From: Pontixanthobacter sp.
GTDB taxonomy: Bacteria > Pseudomonadota > Alphaproteobacteria > Sphingomonadales > Sphingomonadaceae
DNA: 64,000 nt
Direction of reading: 5' to 3'
NCBI GenBank assembly: GCA_041741895.1
Contig: JBGSJO010000042.1
Coordinates: 1,790 to 65,789 of the forward strand
Part shown: positions 1 through 7,895 of the stretch, one piece after another
Layout: every line of letters starts with the position of its first letter
How positions within the stretch are numbered: the first letter of the stretch is position 1
Program-made: the position numbers and the translations under genes
Notes under the pieces: model-generated
Told to the model about the DNA's origin: nothing
The model's input: only the letters and a program-made list of their open reading frames with translations
The model's database searches: none

Positions 1-46
1 CGGCATGCTCCCGCCGAATCCCAACTACCGTCTCCACAACCAACAT
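1..46 (-). CDS. istA: IS21-family transposase IstA, first 15 codons only (partial, leaves window)
   Basis: ATG at 46..44; translation MLVVETVVGIRREHA, then the window edge. Not in the ORF track because no stop is in the window. Confidence 0.5.
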   Translation of the reverse strand, partial: MLVVETVVGIRREHA

Positions 47-159
47 CCCGATCTCGCCGCCTGACAATCCAGGCCGCTGTTTAAACCATCGAAATGAGGG
101 GGTCCCTTTTAGACGCCGATCACTCCGCAAACGGGATCCTTTTTGCACGCCGATCCACA
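1..159 (-). mobile_element. IS21-family insertion sequence, left terminus only (element continues past the window start)
   Basis: A minus-strand frame starts at ATG 46 and runs out of the window (MLVVETVVGIRREHA...). From memory this matches the ML.VET...IRR N-termini of IS21-family IstA transposases. About 110 nt upstream (minus sense), 5'-TGTGGATCGGCGTGCAAAAAGGATCCCG (159->132) is reiterated as GTGATCGGCGTCTAAAAGGGACCCCC (123->98). A TG-terminated end with repeated subterminal copies is the architecture described for IS21-family ends. Confidence 0.55.
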
Positions 160-268
160 GCTATTAGCTGACACGCACTTACGATAGACGATCCGGCAAC
201 CGTCCTCGCACCAACCAGCTGCGCATTTCAGATTTTATTTTCAAGGTTGATCGTTTGGACACTCGCGC

Positions 269-292
269 TGTGCCACAAATTGTGCCACAAAA
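269..292 (+). repeat. Tandem 12-mer TGTGCCACAAAT / TGTGCCACAAAA
   Basis: Read directly at 269..280 and 281..292, in the non-coding spacer between the IS end and copB. Confidence 0.9.
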
Positions 293-363
293 CGAGCTCT
301 ACGGTTCGTCCGGAAGTGTAGAAATGTTGGTTTTCTGGGGTTTGCTAAGACATCGGAATAATT

Positions 364-395
364 GGTCGGGGATCCTGTCTCCCCGACCATTTTTT
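364..395. terminator. Rho-independent-type hairpin, strong on + strand, possibly bidirectional (copB terminator on - strand)
   Basis: GGTCGGGGA (364..372) pairs with TCCCCGACC (380..388) across a 7-nt loop, followed by ATTTTTT (389..395). On the minus strand it lies 32 nt after the copB stop but is followed only by AATTATT. Confidence 0.6.
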
Positions 396-426
396 AAAAT
401 TCAGCGGCCACACATCAAGGGCAGAT

Positions 427-1419
427 TCAAAACCAGGCCTTAATCCCCACCAGAAACACGGCCCCATCCGGGTCTTCGCCGTCCATACGCGCGAAATCTG
501 CCGTCCGGCCGGTCTTGACCTCATATTCGACCCCCACGTAGGGCGCAAATTCGCGGGCGATTTCATAGCGGAGCCGCAGGCCGACTTCTGCCTTGGACAG
601 CCCTGCCCCGATGCCCTGTTCGGGGGCATCCTGCGCGGACAGTTCAATTTCGGCGCGGGGCTGCAGAATCAGGCGCTGAGTGATTTTCTGGTCGTATTCC
701 GCCTCGATCCGGGCGGTCAGATCGCCCCGATCGGACAGGAACAGCGCCGCATCCACTTCGAACATATACGGGGCTAGGCCTTGTACACCTAGCACCGCAT
801 AACCGCGCCCCGTTGGTTCGAGATCATAGCGCGCGCCCGCCTGCACATCGAAAAAGGGGCCGATCGCGTGGCTCCACAAGGCCTGAACTTCGGCGGATTC
901 CAGCGCCCCGGAAAAACTGCCCTCCCCTTCGGATTTCAGCCACAGCTTGTCGAGATCTCCCCCATACCAACCCTGCGCATCCCACAGATATTTCTCTTCG
1001 CCATTGGCGGTCCGGGCTTCCAGCCGGTCGATGATGACGACACTCGTTATCATACCGCCGTTCTCGGATTTCAACGTCTTGCGCGAAACGGCCATTGCAT
1101 CCGCGCCCCAGATTGCATCCGCTGCATGGCGCGGGCCCTGCGATGCCTGCGGCGGCAGAGCCTGCTGCGCGGACGGCGGGGCATCCTCCGCGGGCATGTC
1201 ATGGCCTGCGTGAGGGTCTTGCACCTGGGCTGGCTGTTTGCTGCCCAATGCCTTGGCAATGGCCGACATGTCATATGCTGCTGGTGGTGGTGGCGCTGGT
1301 GATGGCGCGGACGCGCCGGGCTGCCCAGCGGGAGGCGTTTCCTGATGCTGGTGCTGCGCCATGGCGGGCGCGGCTGCCAGCAGCAGCGGGATCAGAGCGA
1401 TCATCGCAGTCTTTGTCAT
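427..1419 (-). CDS. copB: Copper resistance outer-membrane protein CopB/PcoB
   Basis: 330 aa. Signal peptide MTKTAMIALIPLLLAAAPAMA, a His/Met/Pro-rich N-terminal segment, then CopB-type barrel sequence (DRLEARTANGEEKYLWDAQGWYGGDLDKLWLKSEGEG ... IKAWF). Its ATG overlaps the copA stop (TAATG). Confidence 0.9.
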   Translation of the reverse strand: MTKTAMIALIPLLLAAAPAMAQHQHQETPPAGQPGASAPSPAPPPPAAYDMSAIAKALGSKQPAQVQDPHAGHDMPAEDAPPSAQQALPPQASQGPRHAADAIWGADAMAVSRKTLKSENGGMITSVVIIDRLEARTANGEEKYLWDAQGWYGGDLDKLWLKSEGEGSFSGALESAEVQALWSHAIGPFFDVQAGARYDLEPTGRGYAVLGVQGLAPYMFEVDAALFLSDRGDLTARIEAEYDQKITQRLILQPRAEIELSAQDAPEQGIGAGLSKAEVGLRLRYEIAREFAPYVGVEYEVKTGRTADFARMDGEDPDGAVFLVGIKAWF

Positions 1420-3260
1420 TATGCTTCCCCGCCAAGGGGGCGCACGGTGACGACCTGGAACATGCCCGAATGCATGTGATACAGCAGGTGGCAGTGGAAT
1501 GCCCAGTCGCCCAGCTCATCCGCCGTCAGGTCGAATGTCGCGGTGCTGCCTGGCTGAACGATCACGGTATGTTTGCGCGGCTGCTCACCATGCCCCGCAC
1601 CGTTCACCAGTTCGAAGAAATGTCCGTGCAGATGGATAGGATGCGCCATCATCGTATCGTTGACCAGCTTGACCCTGACCCGTTCATTGTAGGCAAAGCG
1701 GATCGGATCATCGGCCACGGCGGAGAATTTCTTGCCGTCGAACGACCACATATAGCGTTCCATGTTCCCGGTCAGATGGATCTGCATCTGGCGGGTGGGA
1801 GATTTCACGCTGTGATCGGCTTTCCGGGCACGCAGATCGGTATAGCGCAGCGTACGGTGTTCGACCTTGTCGAGGCCCAGGCCAGGGTAATCCATCCGGT
1901 CCGCCGGCATCGGGGCGATCATGTCGACGCCCGCGCCGACCTCCACTTCCGGCGGAAGGTTCGAGGTGTCGCGCATTGAATGGCTCATCCCGCCCGATGA
2001 ATGATCCATCGCGGGCATCGCTGTCGTTGCTGGCGCTGGCGGCATGGTATGGCCCATCGCGGCGTGATCCACCCCGCTGGCATTGTTGGCTCCGGGATCA
2101 TTCGCGCCGTGGTTCATGCCTTCCATATCGGCCATCCCCATATCGCCCATCCCCATATCAGCCATGGTTAGCGTCACAGGCTCGCGCAGGGCGGGGAACG
2201 CCGCCCTCGCCCCGGCCTGCGAGGTCAGCGTCGCCATCCCCATGCCCGATCGGTCCATCGCTTCCACGACCAGCGCATGGGCACCGGCTGGCGGGGTCAC
2301 GATCACGTCATAGGTTTCCGCCGTGCCGATCTGCAGTTCATCCACCTCGACATCGTGCACGTCCTGCCCGTCGGCCTGGATAACCGTCATCGGCACACCC
2401 GGGATGCGGATATTGAAAAAGCTCATCGCGCTGCCATTGATGATCCGCAGCCGAACTCGCTCGCCCGGTGTGAACAGATATTCCAGACTATCCGCGGGGC
2501 CGTGGCCGTTGACCAGATAGGTGTAAGTCGATCCGGTTACATCGCTGATGTCGCGCGGGTTCATTCGCATTCCGCCCCACATGCGGCGCATCTCGCCGGG
2601 CATATCGCCGTCGGTCGCGGTCTGCATCTGGTAGTTGAAATAGCCTTCGGAGACCTTCAGCTTGCGCATGATCGAATGCGGGTGGATCGGCGAAAATTCG
2701 CTCAGCAGAACTACATAATCGCGGTCATAACGCGGATCCGGCTCCGTTTGATCGATTACCAGCGGGCCGTAATGGCCCATTTGTTCCTGCAGACCGGAAT
2801 GGCTGTGCCACCAATAGGTGCCGCTTTGCCGGATGGGGAATTCGTAGAGGAAGGTTTCCCCCGGCCTGATGCCCGGAAAACTGACCCCCGGCACGCCGTC
2901 GAACTGGAACGGCAGCAGCAGTCCGTGCCAATGGATGGAGCTGTCCTCGTCCAGCGTATTGGTGACATGAAGCCGCACATTCTGGCCTTCACGCAGCCGC
3001 ACCAGCGGGCCGGGAACGGTGCCGTTGACCGTCACCGCATGTCCACTTCGCCCACCGGTCGAAAAATGCGAATTGCCGATCGACAGGCGGATATCCTCGC
3101 CCGATACCGTTCCGAAGCCTTTGCTGGCATGGGTCAGGCTTTCGCCCTTCGCCCAGCCAGGCATCGGCAACTGCGCTGCGCCAATCAGGGCGGCACTGCC
3201 GGTGAGGAATTTGCGGCGCGGGATCGACTGGCGATCGGGGCTGCTGCTTGAAATCTTCAT
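1419..3260 (-). CDS. copA: Periplasmic multicopper oxidase CopA/PcoA
   Basis: Tat leader (SIPRRKFLTGSAALIGA); multicopper-oxidase motifs IHWHG, WWHSH, HPIHLHGH and HCHLLYHMHSGM; Met/His/Asp-rich insert (MADMGMGDMGMADMEGMNHG...). The ORF extends to 3380, but the MKISSS start at 3260 gives a normal Tat signal. Confidence 0.93.
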   Translation of the reverse strand: MKISSSSPDRQSIPRRKFLTGSAALIGAAQLPMPGWAKGESLTHASKGFGTVSGEDIRLSIGNSHFSTGGRSGHAVTVNGTVPGPLVRLREGQNVRLHVTNTLDEDSSIHWHGLLLPFQFDGVPGVSFPGIRPGETFLYEFPIRQSGTYWWHSHSGLQEQMGHYGPLVIDQTEPDPRYDRDYVVLLSEFSPIHPHSIMRKLKVSEGYFNYQMQTATDGDMPGEMRRMWGGMRMNPRDISDVTGSTYTYLVNGHGPADSLEYLFTPGERVRLRIINGSAMSFFNIRIPGVPMTVIQADGQDVHDVEVDELQIGTAETYDVIVTPPAGAHALVVEAMDRSGMGMATLTSQAGARAAFPALREPVTLTMADMGMGDMGMADMEGMNHGANDPGANNASGVDHAAMGHTMPPAPATTAMPAMDHSSGGMSHSMRDTSNLPPEVEVGAGVDMIAPMPADRMDYPGLGLDKVEHRTLRYTDLRARKADHSVKSPTRQMQIHLTGNMERYMWSFDGKKFSAVADDPIRFAYNERVRVKLVNDTMMAHPIHLHGHFFELVNGAGHGEQPRKHTVIVQPGSTATFDLTADELGDWAFHCHLLYHMHSGMFQVVTVRPLGGEA

Positions 3261-3271
3261 GGAAGGGCACA

Positions 3272-3292
3272 TAATACCCCCTTGGGGTATTA
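3272..3292. promoter_or_regulatory. Candidate CsoR operator (perfect 9-3-9 inverted repeat TAATACCCC-CTT-GGGGTATTA)
   Basis: Sits in the 49-bp spacer between the divergent copA (ATG 3260) and csoR (ATG 3310). Its shape (ATACCCC...GGGGTAT) matches the G/C-tract pseudo-palindromes reported for CsoR operators. Confidence 0.6.
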
Positions 3293-3309
3293 CAAGTGCG
3301 GGAAAACCA

Positions 3310-3585
3310 ATGCCAGCAGCAAACACAAAAACCAGGATCAATCGCCTGCGCAGGATCGAAGGGCAGGTGCGCGGGGTCACGCAGATGATCGAGGACGGGC
3401 GCTATTGCATCGATGTCCTTTCGCAGATCCAGGCGATCAAATCCGCGCTCGCCAAGGTTGAAAGCGAAGTGCTGAAAGATCACGCCGCCAGCTGTGTCGC
3501 CGCCGCAATAGCCTCGGGCGACGAGACGGAGCAGCGCATCAAGTTCAACGAATTGATCGAATTGCTGGAACGCCAGCGCCGCTAG
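3310..3585 (+). CDS. csoR: Copper-sensing transcriptional repressor, CsoR/RcnR/FrmR (DUF156) family
   Basis: 91 aa: NRLRRIEGQVRGVTQMIEDGRYCIDVLSQIQAIKSAL. Cys33, His58 and Cys62 have the 25/4 spacing of the CsoR Cu(I) C-H-C triad. Divergent from copA. Confidence 0.85.
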   Translation: MPAANTKTRINRLRRIEGQVRGVTQMIEDGRYCIDVLSQIQAIKSALAKVESEVLKDHAASCVAAAIASGDETEQRIKFNELIELLERQRR

Positions 3586-3588
3586 CGC

Positions 3589-4962
3589 CTATTCGCCGCT
3601 TTCGACGTCACCCTTGATTGGCCCCGGTTCATTGGCGAGCACCTGGACCACCGCCGTCCATACCGCCACATTCTGGCGCAACTGGACCGGGTCGATCTTG
3701 TCAAGCGTATCATCGGGCGTGTGGTGCAGATCGAAATAGCGCGTCCCGTCCTGCTGCAGATCGATGATCGCGCCCTTCTGGTCACGCGAAATATTGATGT
3801 CGGCCCCGCCCGTGGCGACCGCCGCCGAAGGCGCAACCCCGAAACGGGCCGTGGCGACCGCAAGTTTCGCCGCGAGCACAGGATTGCTCTGCCCGAAATT
3901 GGTCTGGATCTGCCAGATCCGGTCGGCGCCAAAATCGCTTTCGAGACCCACGCCGATCGGCTCGTCGATATGCGCGGCGCTATAGGCTTTGCTGCCCCAC
4001 AGGCCGGTTTCTTCCGCCCCGGCAAACAGAACCCGGATTGTGCGCAGCGGCTTTGCAGCCATCGACGCATGGCGCGCCGCAGCCGAGATGATCCCGCATC
4101 CTGCCCCATCATCGATCGCCCCGGTGCCCAAATCCCAGCTGTCGAGATGGCAGGCCAGCAGCACCGGCGGCAGCGAGGGATCGGTACCGACAATCTCCCC
4201 CACGACATTGCCCGACCGCGTCTGGCCAAGCTTTTGCGGGGTCAGAACAAGCTTCATCGTCACTGGCTTACCGTCCGCACGTTCGAACATCCGTTCCAGA
4301 TTGGCGGCATCCGGCAGGGACAGTGCGCCAGCCGGAATCATGCCATCAACCACCTGTGTGCCGCCAGTATGCGGATTGCGGTGGTAATCGGTGCCAACCG
4401 ATTTGATTACCGAGGCGGCCGCGCCCTTGCTCGCGGCAATGCTCGCCCCGACCCAGCGTGCCGGGCCGGCAAAGCCATATTGCGACCCATCCTGCGTGCG
4501 CGTCATCGAATGGCTGATATAGGCGATCTTTCCCGTCAGGCTGCCGGCAGGCGCGGCTTGCAAATCGGCCACGGTGCGGAACATGACCACTTCGGCGGTA
4601 ATCCCGTCCGGCCTGGTGGATGCGCTGCCGCCCAATGCAGCCACATGAAACGGTTGCGGGAATGGCGAGACGATTTGTGCCGATTCGGTGCCGCGCACCC
4701 AGGTATCCATCATGAAAGGTTCATCAGCGACATTGGTAAAGCCGTTTGCCTTCAGCCAGTTCAATGACCATTCGCGGCCGCGTGCTTCCGCTTCAGTTCC
4801 CGCCTGCCGCGGGCCAACTTCGGTGGTCAGCCCTTCGACAAAGTCCCACGCGATAGTGTCACTCTTCAAAGCGATATCGGCATGATCGGCGGATTGCGCA
4901 ATCACGGCTGGGGCGGAAACGAAGAGCGAAAGTGCGGCCAGCGCAGACAGGGTTTTGTGCAT
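3589..4962 (-). CDS. Secreted M28-family aminopeptidase
   Basis: Signal peptide MHKTLSALAALSLFVSAPAVIAQ; zinc-ligand blocks LLACHLDSWDLGTGAIDDGAG and FAGAEETGLWGSKAY; DLHHTPDDTLDKI. The ORF extends to 5016, but the Met at 4962 gives the signal peptide. Confidence 0.8.
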   Translation of the reverse strand: MHKTLSALAALSLFVSAPAVIAQSADHADIALKSDTIAWDFVEGLTTEVGPRQAGTEAEARGREWSLNWLKANGFTNVADEPFMMDTWVRGTESAQIVSPFPQPFHVAALGGSASTRPDGITAEVVMFRTVADLQAAPAGSLTGKIAYISHSMTRTQDGSQYGFAGPARWVGASIAASKGAAASVIKSVGTDYHRNPHTGGTQVVDGMIPAGALSLPDAANLERMFERADGKPVTMKLVLTPQKLGQTRSGNVVGEIVGTDPSLPPVLLACHLDSWDLGTGAIDDGAGCGIISAAARHASMAAKPLRTIRVLFAGAEETGLWGSKAYSAAHIDEPIGVGLESDFGADRIWQIQTNFGQSNPVLAAKLAVATARFGVAPSAAVATGGADINISRDQKGAIIDLQQDGTRYFDLHHTPDDTLDKIDPVQLRQNVAVWTAVVQVLANEPGPIKGDVESGE

Positions 4963-5092
4963 GGATGTGCTGCTATCGCAGGGTGTATCCCAAGTCCAGC
5001 TTGCCCAGCCGGGCATGAATGCCTATTTGCCCAGAAACTTTCGGAGCATCACGCTCCGCATCCAGCACAAGATACGATCCGAAGGACCCCCG

Positions 5093-6766
5093 ATGGCCGC
5101 CCAATACGCATATGTCATGAAGAACATGACCAAGACTTTCCCCGGCGCGAAAAAGCCGGTGCTGGAGAATATCAATCTCCAGTTCTACCAAGGTGCGAAG
5201 ATCGGTATCGTCGGCCCCAACGGTGCGGGTAAATCCACCCTGATCAAGATCATGGCCGGAATCGATACCGATTTCACCGGCGAGGCATGGCCGGGCGAGA
5301 ACATCACTGTCGGCTATCTGGAGCAGGAACCGCAGCTGGATGAAACCAAGTCGGTTCTGGAAAACGTCAAGGAGGGCGCGCGTGAGACGGCAAATCTGGT
5401 CGAGCGCTTTAATACGATTTCTGCCGAAATGGCCGAACCCGATGCCGATTTCGACAAGCTGGGCGACGAGATGGCCGAACTGCAGACCAAGATCGACGCG
5501 GTGGATGGGTGGACGCTTGACAACCAGCTCGAAATCGCGATGGAAGCCCTGCGCTGCCCGCCGTCGGATTCCCCGGTTGCAAACCTGTCCGGCGGTGAAA
5601 AGCGGCGCGTGGCGCTGACCCGGCTGCTGATCCAGAAGCCCGGCATCCTGCTGCTTGACGAACCGACCAACCACCTTGATGCCGAAAGCGTCGAATGGCT
5701 GGAAAACCACCTCAAGGAATATGCCGGTGCGGTGCTGATGATCACCCATGACCGTTATTTCCTCGACAATGTGGTCGAATGGATCCTGGAGCTGGATCGC
5801 GGATCCTACTATCCTTACGAGGGCAATTATTCGACCTATCTGGAAAAGAAATCCAAGCGCATGGCGCAGGAAGACCGCGAGGATTCCGGGCGGCAGAAAG
5901 CATTGTCCGAAGAATTGGAATGGATTCGCCAGACCCCCAAGGGCCGGCAAACCAAATCGAAGGCCCGCCTGCGCAAGTTCGAAGAATTGCAGGATGCGCA
6001 AAGCAGCCGCAAGCCGGGCAAAGCGCAAATCGTGATCCAGGTGCCGGAACGGCTTGGCAGCAAGGTGATCGAGGCAAAGGGGCTGACCAAGGCGTATGGC
6101 GACAAATTGCTGTTCGAAGACCTGTCCTTCATGCTGCCGCCGGGCGGCATTGTCGGCATAATCGGCCCCAATGGCGCGGGTAAATCCACGCTGTTCCGGA
6201 TCATCACCGGGCAGGAAAAGCCCGATAGCGGCACTATCGAAATCGGGGAAACCGTCCACCTTGGATATGTCGATCAGAGCCGCGACGATCTCGACCCCAA
6301 ACATAACGTGTGGGAAGAAATTTCCGACGGCCTCGATTACATGAAGGTCAACGGCCATGACATGAGCACGCGTGCCTATGTCGGCGCGTTCAACTTCAAG
6401 GGATCGGACCAGCAGAAGGTCGTCGGCAAGCTGTCCGGCGGTGAACGCAACCGGGTCCACATGGCCAAGATGCTAAAAGACGGCGGCAATGTGCTGCTAT
6501 TGGATGAACCGACCAACGATCTCGACGTGGAAACCCTGCGCGCGCTGGAAGATGCAATCGAGAATTTCGCTGGCTGTGCGGTGGTAATCTCGCATGACCG
6601 ATTTTTCCTCGACAGGCTGGCGACGCATATCCTGGCATTCGAAGGCGACAGCCATGTGGAATGGTTCGAAGGCAATTTCGAGGCCTATGAAGAAGACAAA
6701 CGCCGCCGTCTGGGCGATGCGGCAGATCGCCCGACCAGGTTGGCGTATAAGAAACTGACGCGGTAG
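5093..6766 (+). CDS. ettA: Energy-dependent translational throttle protein EttA (ABC-F ATPase)
   Basis: 557 aa; N-terminus MAAQYAYVMKNMTKTFPG; two Walker A motifs (GPNGAGKST twice); two LSGGE signatures. Confidence 0.93.
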   Translation: MAAQYAYVMKNMTKTFPGAKKPVLENINLQFYQGAKIGIVGPNGAGKSTLIKIMAGIDTDFTGEAWPGENITVGYLEQEPQLDETKSVLENVKEGARETANLVERFNTISAEMAEPDADFDKLGDEMAELQTKIDAVDGWTLDNQLEIAMEALRCPPSDSPVANLSGGEKRRVALTRLLIQKPGILLLDEPTNHLDAESVEWLENHLKEYAGAVLMITHDRYFLDNVVEWILELDRGSYYPYEGNYSTYLEKKSKRMAQEDREDSGRQKALSEELEWIRQTPKGRQTKSKARLRKFEELQDAQSSRKPGKAQIVIQVPERLGSKVIEAKGLTKAYGDKLLFEDLSFMLPPGGIVGIIGPNGAGKSTLFRIITGQEKPDSGTIEIGETVHLGYVDQSRDDLDPKHNVWEEISDGLDYMKVNGHDMSTRAYVGAFNFKGSDQQKVVGKLSGGERNRVHMAKMLKDGGNVLLLDEPTNDLDVETLRALEDAIENFAGCAVVISHDRFFLDRLATHILAFEGDSHVEWFEGNFEAYEEDKRRRLGDAADRPTRLAYKKLTR

Positions 6767-6944
6767 GCTGAACTGAAATCGCCGACCTTGGAACAATCAC
6801 CATGGTCGGCGGGGCGACCCGAAATGGGGTCGGCAGCGGGGCAGCGGACCAGGGCATAATTTCCTCGCGTCACTCCGATACGTTTCCAATTCATAAAGCA
6901 TTTCTCCCTATGCCTGTTTCTCGCAAGCAAGGGATGCAGCGCCG

Positions 6945-7265
6945 GTGATCGAAGTCGAAATTCAGAACGAGACCCATCAGTCTCATGAACGGATAAAGAT
7001 GGCCGTCATGCCCCGCATCGGCGAAGGCCTGCGTCTGCAGGAACCGGATGGTTTCTGGGCATCTTATGACATTCTGGATTTGTGGTATCAGAAAGCTGAC
7101 TATGGCGACATCTGGGTGCCCTATCTGCACGTCCGGATGACCCCTGCCGAAGACGAGGTAGCCCCGCAGGCTGCCTATATGCCTGATCCCAGATCGTTGA
7201 ACCGGGCCAGTAACGGGGCCGGAAACCGGGCCAGTAACGGTGGAGTACTCCCATTCGCAATCTGA
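6945..7265 (+). CDS. Hypothetical small acidic protein (start uncertain: GTG 6945 or ATG 6999)
   Basis: 106-aa ORF with plausible codon usage (...GEGLRLQEPDGFWASYDILDLWYQKADYGDIWVPYLHVRM...). No family recognised. The C-terminus carries an internal NRASNG duplication. Confidence 0.45.
   Translation: MIEVEIQNETHQSHERIKMAVMPRIGEGLRLQEPDGFWASYDILDLWYQKADYGDIWVPYLHVRMTPAEDEVAPQAAYMPDPRSLNRASNGAGNRASNGGVLPFAI
7200..7240 (+). repeat. Direct repeat AACCGGGCCAGTAACGG x2 (period 24 nt) inside the small ORF
   Basis: Exact 17-mers at 7200..7216 and 7224..7240, encoding NRASNGAG/NRASNGGV. Confidence 0.9.
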
Positions 7266-7498
7266 TCAAACGAATCGACGCTCCGGCGCCCGCCAATCAG
7301 GATCGGTCGCATGAAGGGGACGCCCCGTGCCTTGCTGCGCCAGCCGAGCCGGCTCCGCCGCAGGCACTTATGCAGCCGCCGGTGGAAGACCCGCCAGCCG
7401 CCAGGGTCGGCGCCGCGCCGCCGCAGATGCCGACGGGGCGCCGCGTTCCCCAGCCAGATGAACATTCCGCCCCACACAACCAGGCAGCAGCAGTACGG

Positions 7499-7864
7499 AT
7501 GCCGCATTGCCTGCTGGTCGACGATTCGCGGATGATCCGCAAAGTCTCTCGGCGGATCATTTCCGATATTGGCTATCATGTCGATGAAGCGGAAAATGGT
7601 GAGGAAGCGCTCAAGAAGTGCAAAATCGCCATGCCTGACCTAATCATTCTGGACTGGGATATGCCGGTGATGACCGGCCTCGAATTCCTCGTCGCCTTGC
7701 GCAAGGAACCGGCGACAAAGCGCCCCAAGGTCGTGTTCTGCACAACCAAGAAGGACACGTTCGATATCCATAAGGGCATCGATCATGGCGCTGATGAATA
7801 TGTTACCAAGCCCTTCGATGAAGCGAGCCTGATGGAAAAACTGAAGAAAATCGGCGCAGCATGA
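7499..7864 (+). CDS. Single-domain response regulator (CheY-like receiver)
   Basis: 121 aa from MPHCLLVDDS. Acidic pocket DD, phospho-acceptor context LIILDWDMP, conserved T (CTTK) and K (VTKPF). No output domain. An in-frame ATG at 7370 would add a Pro-rich 43-aa extension. Confidence 0.85.
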   Translation: MPHCLLVDDSRMIRKVSRRIISDIGYHVDEAENGEEALKKCKIAMPDLIILDWDMPVMTGLEFLVALRKEPATKRPKVVFCTTKKDTFDIHKGIDHGADEYVTKPFDEASLMEKLKKIGAA

Positions 7865-7895
7865 CTTCCGGCCTCGGCCGACCAAACCTTCCGCG

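Noticed and set aside
300-345. GGTTCGTCC-containing stretch checked as a tRNA 3' fragment or att site next to the IS.
   Set aside because: No T-arm or acceptor pairing can be drawn. The resemblance is limited to GGTTCG.
255-443. A 62-aa ORF in the IS/copB spacer.
   Set aside because: The frame runs straight through the terminator hairpin and into copB. It has a non-protein-like composition and no RBS.
2131-2165. Tandem DNA repeat CATCCCCATATC(G/A)GCC in copA.
   Set aside because: It is explained by the coding of the Met/Asp/Gly-rich copper-binding insert (MADMGMGDMGMADM) on the minus strand, which is a normal CopA/PcoA feature.
5042-5058. Hairpin CGGAGC-ATCAC-GCTCCG in the ettA 5' region, considered as a possible attenuator.
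   Set aside because: It is only a 6-bp stem with no T-tract or leader peptide that I can see. The evidence is insufficient.
4973-6460. Very long antisense or alternative-frame ORFs. Examples: 4973..6460 opposite ettA, 15297..16523 opposite the helicase, 51416..52501 inside ctaD, 60703..61422 opposite cobS, and 49881..50696 in another frame of ctaB.
   Set aside because: High-GC genomes produce long stop-free frames opposite real genes. The products are Arg/Pro/Gly/Ala-rich with no motifs, while the overlapping frames encode unmistakable conserved proteins.
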